A stretch of 64,000 nucleotides of DNA from an uncultured Bacteroides sp. (lineage in GTDB: Bacteria; Bacteroidota; Bacteroidia; Bacteroidales; Muribaculaceae), in NCBI GenBank assembly GCA_964549975.1, contig CAZJWM010000001.1, positions 146 through 64,145 on the forward strand. The letters are read 5' to 3'. Under the pieces are notes generated by a model. That model searched no databases. It saw only the letters and a program-made list of their open reading frames with translations, and was not told the DNA's origin. Both the position numbers and the translations under genes were made by a program. Numbering within the stretch: the first letter of the stretch is position 1; the number at the start of each line of letters is the position of its first letter. This document shows, piece by piece, positions 18,488-32,765 of the stretch.

Positions 18488-18805
18488 ATGATTGGAAAAT
18501 ACAGAGTGATTACGCTGTGCGGCAGCACGCGTTTCAAAGAGGACTTTATGGAGGCGCAAAAGCGCCTGAGCCTTGAGGGCAACATCGTGATCTCCGTCGG
18601 GCTGTTCGGCCACAGCGGCGACGCCGAGGTGTGGGCCGACGGCGTCAAAGAGATGCTCGACGACATGCACAAACGCAAAATCGACATGGCCGACGGCATC
18701 TACGTGATTAATCGCGGCGGATACATCGGCAGCTCCACGCGCTCCGAAATAGACTACGCCCTGGCCCACGGCAAAACCGTGGAGTATCTGGAGCCCCCTA
18801 TTTGA
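18488..18805 (+). CDS. Small nucleoside 2-deoxyribosyltransferase-superfamily (DUF4406-like) protein
   Basis: 105 aa from MIGKYRVITLCGSTRF. C-terminal GYIGSSTRSEIDYALAHGKTV resembles the NDT/DNPH1 catalytic-Glu motif. The start is 23 nt after the tracrRNA terminator, and the 3' end overlaps the relA stop region by 8 bp (convergent). Confidence 0.65.
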   Translation: MIGKYRVITLCGSTRFKEDFMEAQKRLSLEGNIVISVGLFGHSGDAEVWADGVKEMLDDMHKRKIDMADGIYVINRGGYIGSSTRSEIDYALAHGKTVEYLEPPI

Positions 18806-21026
18806 GGCGTTGGGCCTCCTTGACGCCTTTGACGGCGCGAAGTTTGACGATGAGGGCTTGGAGCGCTTCGTTGGAGCTGACGCCCACCACCAGATAGCCG
18901 CTGAAGCTGCGGTGGGCGGAGCTGTCGATGGAGATGCTGCGCAGAAGCACGTCGGGCTCTTTGTTGATGACGGAGGTGATGTTGGTGACGATGCCTATGT
19001 CGTCATCGCCCATCACGGAGATGGTGGCACCAAACTGGCCGCTGGCTTTGCCGCTCCAGCAGGTGGGAATCACGCGATAGGGGTAGCGCAGGCGTATGTG
19101 TTCGGCGTTGGGGCAGTCGGCGCGGTGGATTTTCACCACGCCGTCGGCGGAGATGAAGCCAAACACGGGGTCGCCGTAGATGGGGTTACAGCAGCGGGCA
19201 AACTTATAGTTCATCCCTTTGATGTTTGACGAACCGATGACCAGCACGTCGGAACTCGACGACCCGCCGGCACGGTCGGCGTCGGCAGCCGTGGGCATCA
19301 CGAAGCCTTCGGCCGAGCGGTGGGCTTCGCTTTCGATGGGACGGGCCGCAGCTTCATATTGTTCGAGGGCTTTGTTGGGGTCGAGTTGTTCGGAGGCGAT
19401 GGCGGCGTAGAAGTCGGTGACGGTCTTGTAGCCCATCTTTTTGATGAGTTTCATCAGCGTGGCCTCGTCGAAATCCACCTTGCGGTTTTTGGCGCGGCGG
19501 AGCAGCAACTCCTTTCCCAGGTCGGCATTGCGCGCCTTAGCCTCGTTGAGCACCTGGCGGATTTTGCTGCGAGCCTTGGAAGTGACGGCAATGTTGAGCC
19601 AGTCGGCCGACGGAGTTTGCTGGGCCGATGTGGTGATTTCCACGGTGTCGCCGTTGGCCAACCGATGGTTGATTTTGCGGTTTTTGCCGTTGACGCGGCC
19701 ACCGATGCAGGCGCAGCCCACCTTGGTGTGGATGGCAAAGGCGAAGTCCAACACCGTGGCACCCTTGGGTAGGCGATGCAAATCGCCCTTGGGGGTGAAG
19801 ACAAACACCTCGTCGCTGTAGATGTCCATGCTCAGGTTTTTCATCAGTCCCAGAGGGCCGGATTCGCCCGATTCGAGGATGTCGCGCACGTTGTTCATCC
19901 ATGTGTCGAGGTTGCCCTCGCCCTTGAGACCCTTGTAGCGCCAGTGGGCCGCGAGGCCCTTTTCGGCCACGAGGTCCATGCGGCGAGTGCGAATCTGCAC
20001 CTCCACCCAGCGTCCCTGCGGGCCGCTCACGGTGGCGTGGAGCGACTCATAGCCGTTGCTCTTGGGGATGGAAATCCAGTCTTTCATGCGCGCCGGATTG
20101 GGCTTATACATATCCGTGACGATGGAATAGGCCAGCCAGCAGTCGGGCTTCTCGCGTTCCGGGGGAGTGTCGATGATCACTCGGATGGCAAAGAGGTCGT
20201 AGATGTGGTCAAGGTCGTTGTGTTGCTTCTGGATTTTGTTCCAAATGGAGCTGATCGACTTTGTGCGGCCTTTGATGTCAAACTTCAGTCCGGCAGCCTC
20301 GAGTTTGGCCTTCACCGGGGCGATGAAGTCGGCGATATATGCGTCGCGCTGGGCTTTGCGTTGATTCAGGTCGTGGGCAATACGCGTGAAAATTTCACGG
20401 TTGCTATATTTCAGGCTCAGGTCTTCGAGTTCGCTCTTGATGGCGTAGAGGCCCAGGCGGTGGGCCAGCGGTGCATAGAGATAGCGCACCTCGGCGGCCA
20501 CACGGCGCACTGCGTCGGCGTCGGGGTGATGGTTGATGGCGCGCATCAGTTGCAGGCGCTCCACAATCACGGTGATAATCACACGAATGTCGGCGGCAAA
20601 GGTCAGCAGCAGATTGCGGAAGTTTTCGCTTTCCACCGACGGGCTCTTGCTATAGAGCAAATCCACCTTGCGGAAACCGTCGACCAGTCGGGCCACGTCG
20701 GTGCCCCACCCGGCCCCCACCCCTTCGATGGATAGATAGCCCGTTTCACAGAGCGGAGCAAGCAGCAGAGCGGCAGTCATGGAGCGATCGGGCGCCACAG
20801 CCGAAGCGAGCAGGATGGCGGTGTCCACCCTGTGGAGCAACAAGTTCATGCCAAAAGAGTTGCGGCCATAGTGGCCGGCATCAACCCCGTCGCGAAGTGT
20901 GGACGTCAGGCGACGAAGGTCGTCGCCGGTGAATGTGTCGCCGAGGACACGGAGCAATGAGCGATAAGCTTCGCGCAGATGCGTGCGCTCATCGTCGGTG
21001 AAATATGCCTGAGTACTGCCTGTCAT
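18798..21026 (-). CDS. relA: Long RSH (p)ppGpp synthetase, RelA-type with a degenerate hydrolase motif
   Basis: Synthetase motifs GRTKSISSIWNKI, DLFAIRVI, GYESLHATV and VEVQIRT; TGS (VFVFTPKGDLHRLPKGATVLDFAFAIH) and C-terminal ACT. The HD signature is replaced (AALLLAPLCETG). Start set to MTGSTQAYF (21026), consistent with the -7 box at 21054-21061. Confidence 0.92.
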   Translation of the reverse strand: MTGSTQAYFTDDERTHLREAYRSLLRVLGDTFTGDDLRRLTSTLRDGVDAGHYGRNSFGMNLLLHRVDTAILLASAVAPDRSMTAALLLAPLCETGYLSIEGVGAGWGTDVARLVDGFRKVDLLYSKSPSVESENFRNLLLTFAADIRVIITVIVERLQLMRAINHHPDADAVRRVAAEVRYLYAPLAHRLGLYAIKSELEDLSLKYSNREIFTRIAHDLNQRKAQRDAYIADFIAPVKAKLEAAGLKFDIKGRTKSISSIWNKIQKQHNDLDHIYDLFAIRVIIDTPPEREKPDCWLAYSIVTDMYKPNPARMKDWISIPKSNGYESLHATVSGPQGRWVEVQIRTRRMDLVAEKGLAAHWRYKGLKGEGNLDTWMNNVRDILESGESGPLGLMKNLSMDIYSDEVFVFTPKGDLHRLPKGATVLDFAFAIHTKVGCACIGGRVNGKNRKINHRLANGDTVEITTSAQQTPSADWLNIAVTSKARSKIRQVLNEAKARNADLGKELLLRRAKNRKVDFDEATLMKLIKKMGYKTVTDFYAAIASEQLDPNKALEQYEAAARPIESEAHRSAEGFVMPTAADADRAGGSSSSDVLVIGSSNIKGMNYKFARCCNPIYGDPVFGFISADGVVKIHRADCPNAEHIRLRYPYRVIPTCWSGKASGQFGATISVMGDDDIGIVTNITSVINKEPDVLLRSISIDSSAHRSFSGYLVVGVSSNEALQALIVKLRAVKGVKEAQRLK

Positions 21027-21053
21027 AGTGCTAAAGATGTGTTTGCGGTTATG

Positions 21054-21061
21054 CAAACGTA
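21054..21061 (-). promoter_or_regulatory. Candidate -7 promoter element for relA
   Basis: Minus-strand TACGTTTG is an exact TAnnTTTG match 27 nt upstream of the ATG at 21026. It overlaps the small inverted repeat GTTTGC-N6-GCAAAC (21041-21058). Confidence 0.45.
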
Positions 21062-21113
21062 CACAAAAAATGTCACTTCGCCAAAAAAAGTTGCCATTTA
21101 TATTCATTTTTTG

Positions 21114-21121
21114 TAATTTTG
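21114..21121 (+). promoter_or_regulatory. Candidate -7 promoter element for the 832-aa gene
   Basis: TAATTTTG lies 61 nt upstream of the ATG at 21183. Confidence 0.45.
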
Positions 21122-21182
21122 CGGAAACCCAACCTACCAATTATTAATTCTACAAACAACTAAACAATTCTACCTAACAGCA

Positions 21183-23666
21183 ATGGGAACATTCTGGCTT
21201 AAAGTTCAAGAGAACTATGTGATTGAGAATTTCGACGCACTTGTGAAATATTTGCGCAATTATCAAGCCCCGGCAGATGATTCAGTAGACTCCGATTTTG
21301 AGGACACGTTTAAGTGCCTTCACAAAGTGGCTTTAGAGAAATGCGACAAAGCCCGGCGCGGAAGCAATTTATTTGAAGAATATCGCGGCGACGACGTGGT
21401 TGACCTGACAAAACTTGTGAAACTCGCCACCGCCTCTGTGTTAACTTCCTATCACATACGCAATGAAAACGACTACGAGATGATGATAGCCCTGGCCAAC
21501 GTGTTGGTGCTGAATCAAACCGGCAACAAAGACGCCGCCACCTATCTGAAATTTCTGCACTTCATCACCGCCTGCATTGAGCGACGTCCGTTGACGGAGC
21601 TCGGCCTCAACTGGGGCAGCCTCGACCAATCAATCGAGGTGTTGACGCAACACCTGCTCGACACGCAATGGAACGCAGATGCTGAAAACGTGATCAACTT
21701 CTACGAGCAAAACGGCCTGGCGCTGATCAATCGCGGCCAACTGACGGTCTCCACGGTGAACCACGAGCTCTATGAGCCCCACCGAATGAAGTCGGTGATA
21801 ACCATCCCGGAGGCCATCGACATCCAATCGCCCGTGGCCGACAAACTCAAAGCCTCGGCTTCCACACTCGAAGTGATGGAGAAGATGAACGAACTGCTCA
21901 CCGAACTGTCGCAATTTCGCGGCACGGCGCCGAAATACAAAGGCGAATATCAGCAGGGCGACCTCGTGCCGGTGGAGATCACCGACAAGGGCAACAGCAT
22001 AATCTCGGCACGCACCATCGACCCGCGCATCAAAACCATCAAAGGGCGCGTGATGCTGAAAGACTACAAGATGAACGAATTCACCATTCTCCCGCAAGAC
22101 GAAATCTACGACCTGCTGCAAGTGGGCGACCAAATTGTGGTGGAATACGTGAAGATGACTCAAGGCCAATTTGAGCTTGGCAAGAAGGTCTACAACACAT
22201 TCTATCGCGACGAAGCCGAGCGCCTCTGCGAAGAAGACGCCGAAGCTCAGGCAATGTTCCTCTGCACCTACCCCGGCGGCTACCGCTGGCTCACGATCGA
22301 CGGCATGGTGGTCAACGTGTTGGAAAGCGACCCGGACATCACCGAAGAAGACCGCTATCACCTCGACATGATCGACGCCGGCGATGGCACCGAGAATTTC
22401 TACACCATCCACCTTCGCTATAAAAACATCTATCAGTTGAAGACCTCCGGCTACGGCATCAACGGCAAGGTGTGCACGCCGTCTATGGTGAGAAAGGATG
22501 ACGACGTGGCCGACCGCAGCGAATTTATGCGCCGCGCCAAGGAATATCTCCTCGACGAATTCCACAACTATTGCGAAACGGAAGCCGACGACGTGCCGCA
22601 ACTCGACAACATCAAGCGTCTGAAAGATCCGCTGGGCTTCGTCATAGCCTACCGCTCGCTCTTCTTCATGAGCCACTCGCTGGACACCACCATGGACCGC
22701 ATCAAAACTCTCGCCTGCGCCATCCTGCTGGCCAACTGCTGCGGCGACGAGGCCAAACTCGACAAGGAGTATATGCTCCACGAGATGAAATATCTGGAAT
22801 GTGGCATCCGATTCGTGCGCGGCGACAACCCCGAAGAACTCAAACTCACTCACGTGGACTCGCTTGAGGGCGTGGCCAACGTGGTTTTCCAAGAGCACCT
22901 GGTCAATGTGTTAAGCACATATCAGCAAGACACCGGCCTATCCACTTTGGCTCGGCCGCATCAAGACGACATTGATGAAATGGAGAAACTCGTCAAAGCG
23001 TCAAACATTCTCCGCGGCATGATTCACCCCAAATCGTTTGCGCGCATCAAGGAGGAGATTGCCTCCCGTTTGGAGCTTTCCGACGAATATATTCCCGAAG
23101 CAGCCGGCGACAAGGAGGAAAACCGCACTTACTACGGCGTGGAGAGCGACACACTGGAGTTCAAGTCGTCGATTGTGTTCCCGCCGTGCAACCGCCGCAC
23201 CAGCATCGGCATCGAAGACCCGGAGAATCAGAAGTGGGCCATCATCAAGACGGTGTGCGGCTTCCTGAACTCCGCCACTGGCGGCGACCTCTACTTGGGA
23301 GTGAAAGACAACGGCTATGCCAAAGGCGTGAAAGACGACATCGAGGCCCTGTTCAAACGCGGACGAATCTCGCAGCCCAACATCGACGCCTATCGCAACT
23401 ACGTGAGCATGATGCTCGACCAGTCGCTCAAGTGCTATAAGGAGAAGAAAATCAGCGGCATGGACATCACAAACGAAACCGTGAGCTTCGACATCGTCAC
23501 CGACAACGATCTGGAGTTGCTCCACATCCGCGTGTTGCCCTTCAGCAAAGACGCCGTGGCGCTGAAAGATCGCCCCGATTTCGTGAAACGCGCCTACATC
23601 CGCAAAAGCGGCGCCACAAAGCCTCTGGAAGATATAGAGGCTTTGAGCGACGAACGCCGCCGAAAC

Positions 23667-23681
<15 letters not shown>
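21183..23681 (+). CDS. Large uncharacterised protein with a C-terminal AlbA_2 / Schlafen-type domain
   Basis: 832-aa ORF. The C-terminal region ESDTLEFKSSIVFPP...AIIKTVCGFLNSATGGDLYLGVKDNGYAKGV matches the AlbA_2 (divergent AAA, Schlafen core) signature. The N-terminal 640 aa or so have no motif I can assign. Confidence 0.8.
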
Positions 23682-28976
<5,295 letters not shown>

Positions 28977-29000
28977 CCCCTGTCCGCATCACACCATCGC

Positions 29001-29032
29001 AGCGCCGAGCCGAGATTTCTCAGCCCGGCGCT
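29001..29032 (+). terminator. Hairpin after the GH2 gene (possible terminator)
   Basis: AGCGCCG...CGGCGCT forms a 7-bp stem followed by TGCTTTAA. The U-tract is weak. Confidence 0.4.
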
Positions 29033-29136
29033 TGCTTTAACTATATTTAACGCTGGGATATCGGGTTATTTGGAAAAATATGCGTAACTTGCACAATTCT
29101 AATGCACTAATTCTAATCTAACAAAGCTCTCTCTCC

Positions 29137-29856
29137 ATGGAACAATTCAAAATACTCAAAGCCTCGAAATGGCTCTTGTCAATCGGCGGAGTGATCATGA
29201 TTGTGGTGGCCGGAAGCCTGCTCTATTCCGCCGCAGCCCGCGAAATCTCGCTGCTCAACACGGCCGTGGTGTGTGTGGTCTATCTTTTGGTAGTCGACAA
29301 CGTTTTCAAACCCTTAATCGACCATAGCATCGGCCGCGGGCATCAGACCAAAGCCATTGCCCATCGCTGGATCGGCGCCGGAGCATACACGCTGGCGGCC
29401 ATCGGCGCAATGTTTATCTGCAACGCGCGCATCCCCGCCGTGGCGCTCCACCTGCAACTCATCGTCCAGGCAATATTGCTCACAATATTCCTCACCTACG
29501 CCGCCTACGAGCTGCGCAGTGAGGGCGTCGTCACCCCGCGCCAACGCTTGGAGCGCGAAATGGCCATGCGCCGCAGTGTGCAACTGCTCCGACGCAACGC
29601 CCACTCGCTGGTGGAAAGCATGTATGTGAACAACGTGCCGGGCGAAACTCGCCGCAGCGCCGAGCAGCTGCGCAACGAATTGCGCTTCATCACCCCCGGC
29701 ACTCTTGCCGAAGATGCCGAAATTGAAAACACCATGTGTCAAATTTTCGACGACCTGGCCCATCGCGTGAGCAACTACGAAGCCAACGCCGGCTATATCA
29801 CCCAACAACTCGACTTGGCCCACTCGCTGCTCAGCAAGCGCCACACCGCCGTATGA
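29137..29856 (+). CDS. Hypothetical membrane protein
   Basis: 239 aa with about four hydrophobic segments in the N-terminal half and a charged helical C-terminal half. No assignable motif. Confidence 0.6.
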   Translation: MEQFKILKASKWLLSIGGVIMIVVAGSLLYSAAAREISLLNTAVVCVVYLLVVDNVFKPLIDHSIGRGHQTKAIAHRWIGAGAYTLAAIGAMFICNARIPAVALHLQLIVQAILLTIFLTYAAYELRSEGVVTPRQRLEREMAMRRSVQLLRRNAHSLVESMYVNNVPGETRRSAEQLRNELRFITPGTLAEDAEIENTMCQIFDDLAHRVSNYEANAGYITQQLDLAHSLLSKRHTAV

Positions 29857-29907
29857 ACTCCTTGCAGTTTTCTGGAGAAAAAGGCTTGAAAATTGGAGAA
29901 AAAGTTG

Positions 29908-29915
29908 TAACTTTG
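29908..29915 (+). promoter_or_regulatory. Candidate -7 promoter element for bioB
   Basis: TAACTTTG lies 18 nt upstream of the ATG at 29934. Confidence 0.5.
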
Positions 29916-29933
29916 TCTTGATTTTTCAAACTA

Positions 29934-30902
29934 ATGCAAACGTTTATGGACTTAAACAAAGCCTTACAGCTCGGACTGGACGGAACACCGCTGACGGTGG
30001 ATCAGGCCATGGAGCTGATTGACACTCCTTTGAACGACCTCTGCGAAGTGGCCAACGCAATCCGCGAAAAGCATTGCGGCAACCGCGTGCACACATGCTC
30101 TATAGTCAACGCCCGCTCGGGTCGTTGCTCCGAAGACTGCAAATGGTGTGCGCAAAGCGCACACCACTCCACCGGAGTCAATGAATATGAATATATCGAC
30201 GAAGCCGAAATGATGGCCGCCTATGCCGACAATGCCGCCCACGGCGTGCAACGTTTCTCGCTGGTGACCTCCGGCCGCAAAGTGCCAAAGGCCCACATGG
30301 GTCGTTTCTGCCAACTGCTGCGCAAAGCCGGCGAGCAAGGCAAGATGAGCCTCTGCGCCTCGATGGGTCTGCTCGACAGCGAACAGCTGCAACAGCTCTA
30401 CGACGCCGGTGTGCGCCGCTATCACTGCAACTTGGAGACCTCGTCGGACTTCTTCCCCACCCTCTGCACCACCCACACCCACGAAGACAAAATCCGCACC
30501 ATTCGCGCCGCTCGCGAAGTGGGCATGGAGGTCTGCACCGGTGGCATCATCGGCATGGGTGAAAACATGCGTCAACGCCTCACTCTCGCTGCCGAAGCGC
30601 GCGAGGCCGGCGCCCACTCCATCCCCGTGAACCTGCTCAACCCCATCAAGGGCACTCCGCTGCAGGATGCAGCTCCTCTGAGCGAAGAGGAGGTGATCCG
30701 CACCGTGGCACTGATGCGTTTGGTGGCCCCCAAGCCCACCATCTTCTTTGCCGGCGGCCGAGCGCAGCTTAGCGTCGATGCCGTGAAGCGCATGTTGCGC
30801 GGCGGCGTCAACGGTGCCCTCGTCGGCAATATGCTCACCACGGTGGGCAACGACATGGACGCCGACTTCAAAATGTTCAACGATTGTGGTTACACAAAAT
30901 AA
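29934..30902 (+). CDS. bioB: Biotin synthase
   Basis: Radical-SAM CSEDCKWCAQS (CxxxCxxC) and a BioB-like body (FSLVTSGRK, HCNLETS, CTGGIIGMGE). An alternative start at 29946 is possible. Confidence 0.93.
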   Translation: MQTFMDLNKALQLGLDGTPLTVDQAMELIDTPLNDLCEVANAIREKHCGNRVHTCSIVNARSGRCSEDCKWCAQSAHHSTGVNEYEYIDEAEMMAAYADNAAHGVQRFSLVTSGRKVPKAHMGRFCQLLRKAGEQGKMSLCASMGLLDSEQLQQLYDAGVRRYHCNLETSSDFFPTLCTTHTHEDKIRTIRAAREVGMEVCTGGIIGMGENMRQRLTLAAEAREAGAHSIPVNLLNPIKGTPLQDAAPLSEEEVIRTVALMRLVAPKPTIFFAGGRAQLSVDAVKRMLRGGVNGALVGNMLTTVGNDMDADFKMFNDCGYTK

Positions 30903-30913
30903 ATAGAAATATC

Positions 30914-32704
30914 ATGGCACGTACACCGATCCTTACTTCACTCATAGCTCACCAAGCCGAGCAAAATCCCAACGAGCCCGTGCTCCATCGGCTCACAAAC
31001 GCCGAAGCCGGAGTGTGGTCGCCCATCACCCGCAGAGAATTCCACGAGTCGGTGATGCGAGTGGCCGTGGGCCTGATGCAACTCGGCGTGGGCGTGCAGC
31101 AGTGCATCGGTGTACTCTCTGAAAACCGCCCGGAGCTAATCATGACCGATTTCGCTGCGTGGCAAATTCGTGCCATCCCCGTGGGCATCTACTCCACGTC
31201 GTCGCCCGAACAGGTGGCGTTTATCGTGAAAGATGCCTCCATCACCACGCTCATCGTCGGTTCGCAGCGCCACTATCGCGTGGCCCGCGACCTGAATGTC
31301 CCCCACATCGTGGTGTTGGACCCGACTGTTGAGCGCGACACCGACGACCGCACATCCATCCTCTTCTCCGACCTCGGCAAGGGGATGGACCCTGCGGTGG
31401 TGGCCCCCATCACCGCCGAAGCCGACGTCGACGACATCGCCACTCTGGTCTACACCTCCGGCACCACCGGCGAGCCAAAGGGCGCAATCCTCTGTCACAG
31501 CAATTTCGACACGGCCATGACCATCCACCGCGGCCGACTCAATTTCCTCTCGTCGGCCGACTCGTCGCTCTGCTTCCTGCCGCTGAGCCACGTGTTTGAG
31601 AAGGCCTGGAGCTACTTCTGCATCTACATGGGAATGCAGGTCTACGTCAACCAAGACCCGCTGCGCGTGCAGCAGTCGCTGCGCGAAACCCACCCCACGT
31701 GCATGTGCTCTGTGCCCCGATTCTGGGAGAAGGTCTACGCCATTGTCAACCACAAAATCGAACAGATGAACCCGCTGAGCCGTGCTCTGTCGCATCGCGC
31801 TCTGAAGGTGGGCCATCGCCGCAACATCGACTATCGCCGCTTGGGCAAGAAAGTGCCCGCGCTGCTCGAATGGGAATATCAGCTCTTCGACCGTCTGATC
31901 TACACCAAGCTCAAACGCGTCATCGGCGTGGAGCGCGGCGTGCTCTTCCCCACGGCCGGCGCACCGATTGCGCAAGAGATTGTAGACTTCTGCCGTTCGG
32001 TGGACATCCGCATGGTGGGGGGCTACGGTCTGAGCGAAACCACCGCCACTGTGACCTGCTTCCCCGAAGTGGGCTACGAATTGGCCTCCGTGGGCACCGT
32101 GATGCCCGAGGTGAATATGCGCATCAACCCCGCCGACAACGAAATCCAGGTGAAGGGCGCCACTGTGATGAAAGGCTACTTCAATCGCCCCAAGGAGACC
32201 GCCGAAGCCTTCACCGAAGATGGCTGGTTCAAGACAGGCGACGCCGGCCGCATCGACGAAAACGGCTCGCTCTACATCACCGACCGTCTGAAAGACCTCT
32301 TCAAAACGTCTAACGGCAAATACGTGGCACCGCAAGCCATCGAAACACGCCTCTGCACCGACCCGCTGATTGAACAGGTGGCGGTGATTGGCGACAAGCG
32401 CAAATACGTGTCGGCACTGATTGTGCCCGACTATGCCTCCCTGCATCAATGGGCACAAACCGAGGGCATCGACTCCACCAACGAGGAATTGGCCAAAAAT
32501 CCTCGCGTCATCGCCCTCATCACCGAGCGCGTCGAAGCGCTGCTGGCCGACTTTGCCGCCTACGAGCGCGTGAAATATTTCACTCTGCTCCCCAAGCCCT
32601 TCACCATGGCCGACGGCGAACTCACCAACACGCTGAAAATGCGCCGCAAGGTGGTGGCCGAGCGCTATGCCGACGCCATCAACGCAATGTATCCCAAGGA
32701 CTAA
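30914..32704 (+). CDS. Long-chain fatty acid-CoA ligase (AMP-forming)
   Basis: AMP-binding motifs YTSGTTGEPKG, GYGLSETT and TGDAGRIDENGSLYITDRLKDLFKTSNGKYV. Start trimmed to MARTPIL. Confidence 0.9.
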   Translation: MARTPILTSLIAHQAEQNPNEPVLHRLTNAEAGVWSPITRREFHESVMRVAVGLMQLGVGVQQCIGVLSENRPELIMTDFAAWQIRAIPVGIYSTSSPEQVAFIVKDASITTLIVGSQRHYRVARDLNVPHIVVLDPTVERDTDDRTSILFSDLGKGMDPAVVAPITAEADVDDIATLVYTSGTTGEPKGAILCHSNFDTAMTIHRGRLNFLSSADSSLCFLPLSHVFEKAWSYFCIYMGMQVYVNQDPLRVQQSLRETHPTCMCSVPRFWEKVYAIVNHKIEQMNPLSRALSHRALKVGHRRNIDYRRLGKKVPALLEWEYQLFDRLIYTKLKRVIGVERGVLFPTAGAPIAQEIVDFCRSVDIRMVGGYGLSETTATVTCFPEVGYELASVGTVMPEVNMRINPADNEIQVKGATVMKGYFNRPKETAEAFTEDGWFKTGDAGRIDENGSLYITDRLKDLFKTSNGKYVAPQAIETRLCTDPLIEQVAVIGDKRKYVSALIVPDYASLHQWAQTEGIDSTNEELAKNPRVIALITERVEALLADFAAYERVKYFTLLPKPFTMADGELTNTLKMRRKVVAERYADAINAMYPKD

Positions 32705-32765
32705 CAGCTCTGCGGGACACGTTTTTCACTCGATTTACACTAACCCTCCAACAATATCACACTAA

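Noticed and set aside
9219-18805. tRNA-anchored integrative island carrying the CRISPR locus
   Set aside because: No integrase or recombinase gene is present, and I could find no direct repeat of the tRNA 3' end near the far boundary. Only the composition shift and gene content hint at acquisition.
21027-21140. N-terminal extensions offered by the ORF track for relA (to 21140), the flavoprotein (to 10133), the HIRAN gene (to 11845), the secreted protein (to 9165), parA (48056) and the acyl-CoA ligase (30884)
   Set aside because: The extensions encode non-homologous junk before canonical N-termini (e.g. MKVLLVNGSP, MGKIIAIANQKGG). In several cases they lie upstream of an exact TAnnTTTG promoter box.
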